From the NCBI GenBank assembly GCA_026129095.1, contig JAHCIT010000003.1, positions 248,001-312,000 of the forward strand: a stretch of DNA of 64,000 nucleotides, read 5' to 3'. Source of the DNA: Deltaproteobacteria bacterium (GTDB lineage Bacteria > JAGRBM01 > JAHCIT01). Shown here piece by piece: positions 40,582 through 49,388 of this stretch. The notes beneath the pieces are model-generated. The model searched no databases and had not been told where the DNA came from. It saw only the letters and a program-made list of their open reading frames with translations. Both the position numbers and the translations under genes were made by a program. Within the stretch, counting starts at the first letter, position 1; each line of letters starts with the position of its first letter.

Positions 40582-41802
40582 GTGCCGACGCCCATCTCCG
40601 ATACCGCCAGGAACACCGGCTACCAGCTCGACCCGATCGATAATCTGGTCGAAGTGAACATCGGTCCAGCCCATCCGGCCACCCACGGCACCCTTCGTGC
40701 CAAGTGCCTGCTGGATGGCGAGGTCATCGTCCGGGCCATTCCCGAAATCGGCTACCTGCACCGGGGCTTCGAGAAGATGTCGGAGAACGTCACCTACAAC
40801 CAGGTGGTGCCCTATACCGACCGGCTGAACTACCTGTCGGCTCCGATGAACAACACGGGTTACGCCAAGGCCGTGGAAGCCCTGTTTGGCATCCAGATCC
40901 CGGACCGCGCCGTCTATATCCGTGTGATCGTCGATGAGCTGTCGCGGATCATGGATCACCTCGTCTGCAACTCTGTGGCGGCGATGGACCTGGGCGGACT
41001 TACCAACTTCTGGTACGGTGTCTATCCGCGCGAACGGATTTACGACATCCTCGTCAAGCTCACCGGGGCGCGGCTCACCAACAGCTATACCCGCGTGGGC
41101 GGTGTCATCCACGATATTTACGACGGATTTGAGGCCGACCTTGAGAATGCGCTCAGGGAAGTGGACCGTTCCCTTGTCGTGATGATGAAGCTCCTCAAGC
41201 GGAACCGAATCTTCAACGACCGTATCCGGGACGTGGGCGTCATCCCCAGGGAGATGGCCCTCTCTTATGGTTTTACCGGCCCGCTGCTGCGTGCGAGCGG
41301 CGTCCCCTACGATGTCCGCAAGGATTTTCCCTACTACCACTACGACGAATTCGATTTCGACGTGCCAATCGGCGAAAAGGGCGACTGCTGGGACCGCTTC
41401 TTCGTCCGCATGGAGGAGATCCACCAGTCGGTCCGCATACTCCGGCAGGCGGTCGCCCGCATACCGGACGGCCCCATCCGCATCCAGGATCCCCGCATCA
41501 CCCCGCCCCCCAAGAACGAGGTTTACAACAACATCGAGGCGCTGATTAACCACTTCAAGCTGGTGTTCGAGGGGATCAGGCCGCCCAGGGGCCACGTCTA
41601 TTCATCCACCGAGTGCGCCAACGGCGAGGTCGGTTACACGATCTATTCCGACGGCACCAAGAACGCCTACCGCGTCAAGGTACGTTCGCCCTCGTTTGCC
41701 GCCTTCAGTGCATTTGCGGAAATCGTCACCGGGCACTACATCGCCGATGCGATTGCGGTCCTCGGATCGCTCAACATCATCGCCGGGGAGCTGGATCGCT
41801 GA
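40582..41802 (+). CDS. nuoD: Complex I subunit D (operon 2)
   Basis: NIGPAHPATHGTLR, GYLHRGFEK, YTDRLNY, IEALINHFK, GELDR. GTG start at 40582. Confidence 0.94.
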   Translation: MPTPISDTARNTGYQLDPIDNLVEVNIGPAHPATHGTLRAKCLLDGEVIVRAIPEIGYLHRGFEKMSENVTYNQVVPYTDRLNYLSAPMNNTGYAKAVEALFGIQIPDRAVYIRVIVDELSRIMDHLVCNSVAAMDLGGLTNFWYGVYPRERIYDILVKLTGARLTNSYTRVGGVIHDIYDGFEADLENALREVDRSLVVMMKLLKRNRIFNDRIRDVGVIPREMALSYGFTGPLLRASGVPYDVRKDFPYYHYDEFDFDVPIGEKGDCWDRFFVRMEEIHQSVRILRQAVARIPDGPIRIQDPRITPPPKNEVYNNIEALINHFKLVFEGIRPPRGHVYSSTECANGEVGYTIYSDGTKNAYRVKVRSPSFAAFSAFAEIVTGHYIADAIAVLGSLNIIAGELDR

Positions 41803-41803
41803 G

Positions 41804-42289
41804 ATGTCTGACGCCCTGTTTTCAGATGAAACCCTGCGGCAGATGAAGTCCGCCATCGAGGAATACCCGAGCAGGGCATCCGCCATCCTGCCGGTGCTCC
41901 AGCTCGCCCAGAAGGAAAAAGGCTGGATCAGCCCCGAGACGATCCGCTTCGCCTCTGAACTGGTCGGGGTTCCTGAATCCCGGGTCGTCGAATGCGTCAC
42001 CTTCTACACGATGTTCAACCAGCAGCCGGTCGGGAAATACGAGATCAACGTCTGCACGAACATCAGTTGTGCCCTCGTTGGCGGCGAGGAAATCTACGGC
42101 CACTTCTGCAAGAAGCTCGGCCTGAAGAACAACGAGACGACGAAAGACGGCCTGTTCACCGTCCGGCACGTCGAATGTCTTGCCTCCTGCGGATCGGGAC
42201 CGATGGCGCTTGTGAACGACGAATACATTGAGCACCTCACCACCGAGAAAGTGGACCAGCTCATCGAGGAGTGGCGCCGCAAGGGCTGA
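41804..42289 (+). CDS. nuoE: Complex I subunit E ([2Fe-2S])
   Basis: TFYTMF, CTNISC...CLASC. Confidence 0.95.
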   Translation: MSDALFSDETLRQMKSAIEEYPSRASAILPVLQLAQKEKGWISPETIRFASELVGVPESRVVECVTFYTMFNQQPVGKYEINVCTNISCALVGGEEIYGHFCKKLGLKNNETTKDGLFTVRHVECLASCGSGPMALVNDEYIEHLTTEKVDQLIEEWRRKG

Positions 42290-42292
42290 GCG

Positions 42293-43555
42293 ATGGAAAA
42301 GGTCATCACCAGGAACTGGGGCAAGCCCGGATCGGCAACGATCGATGGCGCCATCGCCAACGGCGGCTACAAGGCGGCCGAAAAGGCGGTGAAGGAGCTC
42401 GATTCAAAGACCATCATCGAGACCGTGAAGGCATCGGGGCTCCGCGGCCGCGGCGGCGCAGGCTTCCCCACCGGCCTCAAGTGGAGTTTCGTCCCCCAGG
42501 ATACGGGCAAGCCCATCTACCTCTGCGTCAATGCCGACGAATCCGAACCGGGCACGTTCAAGGACCGGTTCATCATGGAAAACGACCCTCACATGCTGGT
42601 TGAGGGCGTCATCATCGCCTCCAAGGCGCTGAACTGCCATCACGCGTTCATCTATATCCGGGGCGAGTTCTTCCAGCAGACAAAAATCGTCAAGCAGGCA
42701 GTGAAAGAAGCCTATGCCAAGGGGTTCCTCGGCAAAGGCATCTTCGGCAGCGACTATGAACTCAAGGTCACGGTTCACAACGGTTTCGGGGCCTATATCT
42801 GCGGCGAGGAGACCGGCCTTATCAACTCGCTGGAAGGGAAAAAGGGTCAGCCCCGGATCAAGCCCCCCTTCCCGGCCGTGTCTGGCCTCTATAACTGCCC
42901 GACCGTCGTCAACAACGTGGAATCCCTCTGCGCCGTGCCGTGGATCATCAATAACGGTGCCGATGCCTACAAGAAAACCGGCACGGAAAAGAGCCCCGGC
43001 ACCAAGCTTTTTTCCGTTTCCGGCCATGTGAACCGGCCCGGCGTTTATGAGATTCCCCTCGGGCTTCCGCTGACCACGTTTATCAACGATCCCGCCTGGG
43101 CAGGTGGCATCTGGAAGGGCCGCAAGCTGAAGGCCTGCATTCCCGGCGGGTCGAGCGTCCCGGTGCTGACGGCTCCCCAGTGCGAGGGCGTCAATCTCGA
43201 TTACGAGTCGCTGGCCGCCGCCGGCACCATGCTGGGCTCCGGCGGCATGATCGTCATGGACGAGACGACCGACATGGTCCACATGCTGAAGATCCTCGCC
43301 CACTTTTACGCCCATGAATCCTGCGGCCAGTGCACGCCCTGCCGCACCGGCACCCACTGGGCCTATGAAGTGATGAGCCGGATCGATGCGGGCGAGGGCC
43401 GGATGGAAGACCTCGACCTGCTGATCCGGATCGCCGACGGCATGGCCGGACAGACGATCTGCGTGCTGGCGGATGCCCTCGCCATGCCGATCAAGAGCTT
43501 TGTTCCCAAGTTCCGCGCCGAGTTCGAAGCCAAGATCAAACGGAAGGCCGCCTGA
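42293..43555 (+). CDS. nuoF: Complex I subunit F (FMN/NADH binding)
   Basis: GLRGRGGAGFPTG, NADESEPG, GAYICGEET, HESCGQCTPCR. Confidence 0.97.
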   Translation: MEKVITRNWGKPGSATIDGAIANGGYKAAEKAVKELDSKTIIETVKASGLRGRGGAGFPTGLKWSFVPQDTGKPIYLCVNADESEPGTFKDRFIMENDPHMLVEGVIIASKALNCHHAFIYIRGEFFQQTKIVKQAVKEAYAKGFLGKGIFGSDYELKVTVHNGFGAYICGEETGLINSLEGKKGQPRIKPPFPAVSGLYNCPTVVNNVESLCAVPWIINNGADAYKKTGTEKSPGTKLFSVSGHVNRPGVYEIPLGLPLTTFINDPAWAGGIWKGRKLKACIPGGSSVPVLTAPQCEGVNLDYESLAAAGTMLGSGGMIVMDETTDMVHMLKILAHFYAHESCGQCTPCRTGTHWAYEVMSRIDAGEGRMEDLDLLIRIADGMAGQTICVLADALAMPIKSFVPKFRAEFEAKIKRKAA

Positions 43556-43556
43556 G

Positions 43557-45146
43557 ATGCCCAAACTGACCATCGACGGCAAGGAATACGAGGTGCCCGC
43601 AGGCACGTCCGTCATCAAGGCGTGCCACGAAAACGGCATCGACATCCCGCACTACTGCTACCACCCCGGCCTGTCGCCGGAGGGCAACTGCCGGCTGTGT
43701 CTCGTCGAAATCGAAAAGATGCCCAAGCTCGCTCCAAGCTGCACGACCGTTGCGGGCGAAGGGATGATCGTCCGGACCAATACCGACAAGGTGAAGAAGG
43801 CCCGGGCCGACGTGATGGAGTTCCTCCTCGTCGATCATCCGATCGACTGCCCCATCTGCGACCAGGTGGGCGAGTGCAAGCTCCAGGATTACTACATGGA
43901 GCACGACCGGCGGCCGTCGCATGTGCCGCTGGAGCAGAAGATCCTCAAGCCCAAGCGCGTCCAGTTCTCCGACAAGGTGATCTATGACGCCGAGCGGTGC
44001 ATCCTCTGCACCCGCTGCGTGAGGTTCTGCCGGGAAGTGCCAGGCACGAACGAACTCGGCATGTTCAACCGTGGCGCCGTGAGCCTCATTGGCCTGAACG
44101 AAGGCCGGCAACTGGCCAACGACTACTCCATGAACGTCGTGGACGTGTGCCCCGTCGGCGCCCTGACGTCGGCGAGCTTCCGGTTCCAGAAACGGGTGTA
44201 TTTCCTGAAGACCACCCCTTCGGTCTGCAACGGATGCTCGCGGGGCTGCAACATCAACCTGGACTGGGACAACGAAAAGCTGTTCCGTTACCGCCCCCGG
44301 CCCAATCTGGAAGTGAACGACTACTGGATGTGCGATGCCGGCCGGCTTTCCTGTGCGAGCCAGCAGGCCGAAGGGCGTCTGCTCCGGCCCAAGGCCCGGA
44401 TGGCTGGAGAGCTGAAGCAGCAACCCTGGGGCCGCATTCTTGACCGTGTGGCCGAGGCCCTCCGGTCGGCCGGGGACGGCAAGCTCGCGGTCCTCCTGTC
44501 GGCCCGCGCCACGACCGAAGAGAACTACGCCTGGCGGAGTCTTATCCAGTCCAGGTTCCCGAAAGCCTTCGTTGCATTCACACCGGCGGATTTCTACGCG
44601 GAGGGGAAAGGCGACGACATCCTGATCACGGCCGACAAGAGTCCGAACCAGGCTGCCGGTGATGCACTCGGACTGCGGTCAGGGTCATCCCTCGAACAGA
44701 TCGTTCAGGCGATGGAATCAGGCCAGATCGCCACGCTCGTTGTTCTCGACGACGACTATGCTTCCTCGCGGAACCCGAACAACCGGCTTGCCGACCGGTT
44801 CCGGGCCGCACTCGCCAAAGTGGCCGAAGTCGTCGCCGTCACGCCGCATGAGAGCGAAACCACGCGGCTTGCCTCGGTCATCGTGCCGAAGGCCGCCTTT
44901 ACCGAAACGACCGGCACGTTCATCAACGTGGACCGCCGGGTGCAGCGTATCGCCCGCAGCGTTCCGCCTCCCGGCGAGGCGCTGGAAGGGCTCGATATCG
45001 TCTCCCGGCTGGCGCACCTGCTCGGAACCGAAACTGCTTCCGGAAATGCTGCCGCCACCTTTGCCCGCATGACTGCGAGCGATGCCGCATTCCGCGGACT
45101 TACCTGGGAAGGACTTGGGGAACAGGGCGCCTTGCTGGCGTCCTGA
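43557..45146 (+). CDS. nuoG: Complex I subunit G (short, about 529 aa)
   Basis: CYHPGL...NCRLC, HPIDCPICDQ.GEC, CILCTRC, CPVGAL and an N7-type CNGCSRGC...C motif. Confidence 0.93.
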   Translation: MPKLTIDGKEYEVPAGTSVIKACHENGIDIPHYCYHPGLSPEGNCRLCLVEIEKMPKLAPSCTTVAGEGMIVRTNTDKVKKARADVMEFLLVDHPIDCPICDQVGECKLQDYYMEHDRRPSHVPLEQKILKPKRVQFSDKVIYDAERCILCTRCVRFCREVPGTNELGMFNRGAVSLIGLNEGRQLANDYSMNVVDVCPVGALTSASFRFQKRVYFLKTTPSVCNGCSRGCNINLDWDNEKLFRYRPRPNLEVNDYWMCDAGRLSCASQQAEGRLLRPKARMAGELKQQPWGRILDRVAEALRSAGDGKLAVLLSARATTEENYAWRSLIQSRFPKAFVAFTPADFYAEGKGDDILITADKSPNQAAGDALGLRSGSSLEQIVQAMESGQIATLVVLDDDYASSRNPNNRLADRFRAALAKVAEVVAVTPHESETTRLASVIVPKAAFTETTGTFINVDRRVQRIARSVPPPGEALEGLDIVSRLAHLLGTETASGNAAATFARMTASDAAFRGLTWEGLGEQGALLAS

Positions 45147-45164
45147 GCCCGGACTGGGAACCGA

Positions 45165-46463
45165 ATGGATCTGACCGCAAGCATCGTCATGGCCGTCGAG
45201 ATCGTGATCTCGCTTGTGGTCGTGCTCCAGACGCTGCCGCTGCTCATCTGGATGGAGCGAAAGGCCTCCAGCTATATCCAGAACCGCCGGGGCCCGGCCT
45301 ACGCCCATATCGGTCCCGTGCGGGCCTTCGGAATGGTCCACACCCTGACCGATGTCCTGAAGCTCTGGGGGAAGGAAGACGTCGTCCCCCGTGCAGCCAA
45401 CCGGTTTTTCCATGCTCTTGCGCCGTGCGTAAGCATGTTTCTCGCCCTGCTCACCTTCGCCGTGATCCCGTTTGCCGACTACATCGAGATCGGCGGAACC
45501 CGCTACAACCTGCAGGTGGCCGAACTGAATGTCGGCATACTCTACCTTCTCGCCGTCAGCTCGCTCGGCGTATACGGGATCATTCTCGCGGCGTGGTCCT
45601 CGAACAACAAGTATTCGATGCTGGGCGGGCTCCGTTCCTCGGCCCAGATGATCTCTTACGAACTGGCACTCGGCTTCGCACTGATCTCCGTCCTGCTCTG
45701 GTACGGATCGGTCCGGCTTGGCGATATCGTGCACGGCCAGGGGATCCTGCTGTTCGGCGCCATCCCCCACTGGGGCGTCATCGTTCAGCCCGTCGCCTTC
45801 ATCATCTTCATCACATCGGCGTTCGCCGAAACCAACCGCAACCCGTTTGATCTCCCCGAAGGCGAATCCGAAATCGTCGCCGGGTTCCACACCGAGTATT
45901 CGTCGTTCAAGTTCGCCATGTTCTTCATGGCCGAATATGCCCACATTTTCGTCGCTTCCGCGCTGACGGCGACGCTGTTCTTTGGAGGCTACCAGATACC
46001 CTACGTTTCGACCGGGATGCTGGTTTCCCATGCGTCCGGCATCCTGACGGCTATCCTCAAGCTCACGGCCGTGGGTGCGACCGGCTTCGGCCTGTTCCTT
46101 GCCTACATGGCGGCCCGCCACCGGGACCGCGAGGACCGCGTCAACCGGGAAACCCTCTTTTATGCCACGGTTGCGGGACTTGCGCCGGGGCTCACCGCCG
46201 GAGCCGTGCTGGCTCTCACCGGCGGCGACATCCAGCTCGGACACTCGGCATCGACCATTGTCGCCGCCGCGCTCCAGTTCGGCTGCTTCATGGCGAAGAC
46301 CCTCGTTTTCTGCTTCCTCTTCATCTGGGTGCGCTGGACACTCCCGCGCTTCCGCTACGACCAGCTCATGAAACTCGGCTGGAAATACATGATCGAAATC
46401 GCAATTGTCTGGATCCTGATTACCGCGGCTGCCGCCTGGTATCTGGACCGGCCCGGAATGTGA
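45165..46463 (+). CDS. nuoH: Complex I subunit H (operon 2; 432 aa)
   Basis: ERK...IQNRRGP, LRSSAQMISYE, NRNPFDLPEGESE, RWTLPRFRYDQLM. Confidence 0.95.
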   Translation: MDLTASIVMAVEIVISLVVVLQTLPLLIWMERKASSYIQNRRGPAYAHIGPVRAFGMVHTLTDVLKLWGKEDVVPRAANRFFHALAPCVSMFLALLTFAVIPFADYIEIGGTRYNLQVAELNVGILYLLAVSSLGVYGIILAAWSSNNKYSMLGGLRSSAQMISYELALGFALISVLLWYGSVRLGDIVHGQGILLFGAIPHWGVIVQPVAFIIFITSAFAETNRNPFDLPEGESEIVAGFHTEYSSFKFAMFFMAEYAHIFVASALTATLFFGGYQIPYVSTGMLVSHASGILTAILKLTAVGATGFGLFLAYMAARHRDREDRVNRETLFYATVAGLAPGLTAGAVLALTGGDIQLGHSASTIVAAALQFGCFMAKTLVFCFLFIWVRWTLPRFRYDQLMKLGWKYMIEIAIVWILITAAAAWYLDRPGM

Positions 46464-46475
46464 GGAGTCTCCAGC

Positions 46476-46976
46476 ATGATTGACCTCCTCTTCTGGATAT
46501 TCAGCGGCGCAGCCATCGGCTCGGCCGTGCTCGTTGTGACACTCAAGGACCCCGTCCAGTCGGTCATGTCGCTTGTCATCACCTTCTTTTCGCTCGCGGC
46601 CATTTTCGTCCTGCTGGACGCCCACTTCCTCGCAGCCGCCCAGATCATCGTCTACGCGGGCGCGATTCTGGTGCTGGTCACGTTCGTCATCATGCTTCTG
46701 GACCTGCGGGCCGGAGACATCACAGGACCCACCCGGATGGTTGCGGGCCGGTTCCTGGGCGTCGGAGCCGCTGCCGCCCTGTTCATGGCCCTCTGGTCCC
46801 GCGTGGTCCAGGCGAATCTGGACCGGTTCCCGGAGCTCACCGAGGGACACGGCACGGTCGAGCGCATCGCACGGGTGATTCTCATCGACAACATACTGCC
46901 CTTCGAGACAGTCTCCGTTCTTCTCCTCGTGGCGACCGTCGGCGCCGTCTGGATCGCACGCCGGGAGGACACCTGA
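46476..46976 (+). CDS. nuoJ: Complex I subunit J (operon 2)
   Basis: LDAHFLAAAQIIVYAGAI..L..FVIMLL, LPFETVSVLLL. Confidence 0.94.
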   Translation: MIDLLFWIFSGAAIGSAVLVVTLKDPVQSVMSLVITFFSLAAIFVLLDAHFLAAAQIIVYAGAILVLVTFVIMLLDLRAGDITGPTRMVAGRFLGVGAAAALFMALWSRVVQANLDRFPELTEGHGTVERIARVILIDNILPFETVSVLLLVATVGAVWIARREDT

Positions 46977-47290
46977 TGCCACCGATGACTCCCCAGTCGG
47001 TCCTGCTCGTTTCGATGGCGCTCTTTTTCATCGGCGCATACGGCGTCGTGACGCGCCGGAACGCCATTCTCATGCTCGTCTCGGTCGAGCTGATGCTGAA
47101 CGCCGTGAACCTGGCGCTCGTCGGCTTCAGCCGGTTCCATAACAACATGACCGGTCAGGGCCTGGTCGTGATCGTCATGGCGGTAGCTGCCGCCGAAGCG
47201 GCGCTTGGCCTCGCCATCCTGATCGCCTGGTACCGGATGAAGCAGACCGTGGATATCGAAGCCATCAGCGGCCTCAAGGAGCCAGCCTGA
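46976..47290 (+). CDS. nuoK: Complex I subunit K (operon 2)
   Basis: RRNAILMLVSVELMLNAVNL, AAAEAALGLAI. Confidence 0.95.
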   Translation: MPPMTPQSVLLVSMALFFIGAYGVVTRRNAILMLVSVELMLNAVNLALVGFSRFHNNMTGQGLVVIVMAVAAAEAALGLAILIAWYRMKQTVDIEAISGLKEPA

Positions 47291-47294
47291 ACCC

Positions 47295-49382
47295 ATGCAA
47301 GCTGCCGCCCAGATAGCTGCCATACCGGTCCGGGAAGTCTCCTGGCTTCTGCTTGTTCCGCTGCTCCCGCTGGCAGGAGCCGCCTGGAATGGCCTTTCGA
47401 TCCTGTTCAAGGCCGACATTTCCGACGAAAGCGCCTCCCGGATCGCCTGTGGGGCCGTGGGACTCGCTTTCGCGCTGTCGCTGGCGGCCTGGCTGCAGAT
47501 CCTGCTCGCCCCCGGACCCGTCGCGCTTTCCCAGCAGGTTTTCACCTGGATGGAGCTTGGCGGACTCAAGATCGACTTCTCGCTCGTCGCCGACCGGATG
47601 AGCGTGCTGATGCTGCTCATTATCACCGGCGTCGGTTCCCTCATTCACGTCTATTCGACCGGCTACATGCATGGCGACCCCGGTTACCGGCGGTTTTTCA
47701 CCTACCTCAATCTCTTCGTGTTCTTCATGCTGGTTCTCGTGCTGGGGAGCTCGCTACCGGTGCTGTTCGTCGGCTGGGAAGGCGTCGGCCTCTGCTCCTA
47801 CCTCCTGATCGGGTTCTGGTACGAACACATGCCGAACTCGGATGCCGGGAAAAAGGCCTTTATCGTCAACCGGGTGGGCGACCTTGGGTTTCTCCTCGGC
47901 ATGTTCACGCTCGTTTATGCCGTCTCGCAGGCTGGCGTTCCCACACTGGAGATCGCCGCCCTGAAGGAACGGCTGCCGGAAATCCTGAAGGTCAGCATCC
48001 ACCTGTTCGGCATCGAGTTCCGCGCCGTGACGCTGGCCTGCCTGCTTCTTTTTATCGGCGCCACCGGAAAGTCCGCCCAGATCCCCCTCTATGTCTGGCT
48101 TCCGGATGCCATGGCCGGCCCGACGCCGGTCTCCGCCCTGATCCATGCGGCAACGATGGTGACGGCCGGTGTGTACATGGTTGCCCGGCTTTCGCCGCTG
48201 TTCCAGGCAAGTCCGGTCACCATGACCGTGATCGCCGTCGTCGGGGGGCTCACCGCCTTCTTCGCCGCGACGATCGCACTGGTCCAGAACGACATCAAGA
48301 AGGTTCTGGCCTATTCCACGGTTTCCCAGCTCGGCTACATGTTTTTGGGCCTCGGGTCCGGCGTCATGTGGGCTTCCATGTTCCACCTGATGACCCATGC
48401 GTTTTTCAAGGCCTGCCTGTTCCTCGGCGCTGGCTCGGTGATTCTCGGCATGCACCACGAGCAGGACATGCGGAAAATGGGCGGGCTCAAGAAATACATG
48501 CCCGTCACGCGCTGGACCTTCCTGCTGGCGACGCTGGCTATCGCCGGATTTCCGCTGACCTCCGGTTTCTTCTCGAAGGACGCCATCCTCTACGGTGCGT
48601 TCAATGCCCACTTCTACCTGCCCGGCCAGACGCTCGGGGCCGTGGCCCATGCCCTCCCCTGGTTCCTGTCAGGCCTGGGCCTCCTGACCGCCCTGCTGAC
48701 GGCGTTCTACATGGGCCGCTGCTATTTCCTCACCTTCGAGGGCGAATGCCGGGCCGATCACCACACGCAGGAACATATCCACGAGTCCCCCGCCTCCATG
48801 ACGAGCGCACTGGGAATACTTGCGTTCCTGTCAATCACGGCCGGGTTCCTGGGTATCCCCCACCTCTGGCACTGGGCGCCGAACGCGATGGAAGGCTGGC
48901 TCGCCCCCCTGCTGGCCGCCGATCCGCGGGTGCCGGGGATCGAGGAAAGCCTCGGACACTTCTTCCCCGTCTGGGAACACATTGAGCACACGCTGTCAGG
49001 CGAACTGGCCTTTACGGCACTGGCCGCCGGTCTGGGCCTTCTGGGCCTTTTCGCCGCCCGCGATCTCTACCTGCCCAAAGCCGACATACCGGCGCAGGCG
49101 GAAGCTGCGCTGCCGCGGGTTCACCGCTGGCTCTCGGACAAGTATTACGTGGATGAACTGTACGACCGGATGATCGTGACGCCGGTCAAGCAGGTATCGG
49201 AGTTCTTCCTGTGGAAGTTTATCGACGTCCGGCTGATCGATGGCCTCGTTAACCTTTTGGCTGACCTGTCCCGCTGGACAGGCCGGCAGATCGGCCGGCT
49301 CCAGAACGGCATTGCCGCACAGTATACCGCCATCATGCTGGCCGGGGCGTTTGCGCTCATTCTGTACCTGTCGGGGAGATGA
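47295..49382 (+). CDS. nuoL: Complex I subunit L (operon 2; canonical helix length)
   Basis: GWEGVG, GKSAQ, HAFFKA, FFSKD. Confidence 0.96.
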   Translation: MQAAAQIAAIPVREVSWLLLVPLLPLAGAAWNGLSILFKADISDESASRIACGAVGLAFALSLAAWLQILLAPGPVALSQQVFTWMELGGLKIDFSLVADRMSVLMLLIITGVGSLIHVYSTGYMHGDPGYRRFFTYLNLFVFFMLVLVLGSSLPVLFVGWEGVGLCSYLLIGFWYEHMPNSDAGKKAFIVNRVGDLGFLLGMFTLVYAVSQAGVPTLEIAALKERLPEILKVSIHLFGIEFRAVTLACLLLFIGATGKSAQIPLYVWLPDAMAGPTPVSALIHAATMVTAGVYMVARLSPLFQASPVTMTVIAVVGGLTAFFAATIALVQNDIKKVLAYSTVSQLGYMFLGLGSGVMWASMFHLMTHAFFKACLFLGAGSVILGMHHEQDMRKMGGLKKYMPVTRWTFLLATLAIAGFPLTSGFFSKDAILYGAFNAHFYLPGQTLGAVAHALPWFLSGLGLLTALLTAFYMGRCYFLTFEGECRADHHTQEHIHESPASMTSALGILAFLSITAGFLGIPHLWHWAPNAMEGWLAPLLAADPRVPGIEESLGHFFPVWEHIEHTLSGELAFTALAAGLGLLGLFAARDLYLPKADIPAQAEAALPRVHRWLSDKYYVDELYDRMIVTPVKQVSEFFLWKFIDVRLIDGLVNLLADLSRWTGRQIGRLQNGIAAQYTAIMLAGAFALILYLSGR

Positions 49383-49388
49383 TTGACG

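Noticed and set aside
44718-46982. Long alternative ORFs (44718..46982 -, 29624..31657 +, 33509..35245 -, 18335..20005 + and similar)
   Set aside because: They are shadow frames over well-supported genes in high-GC DNA and have no recognisable motifs.
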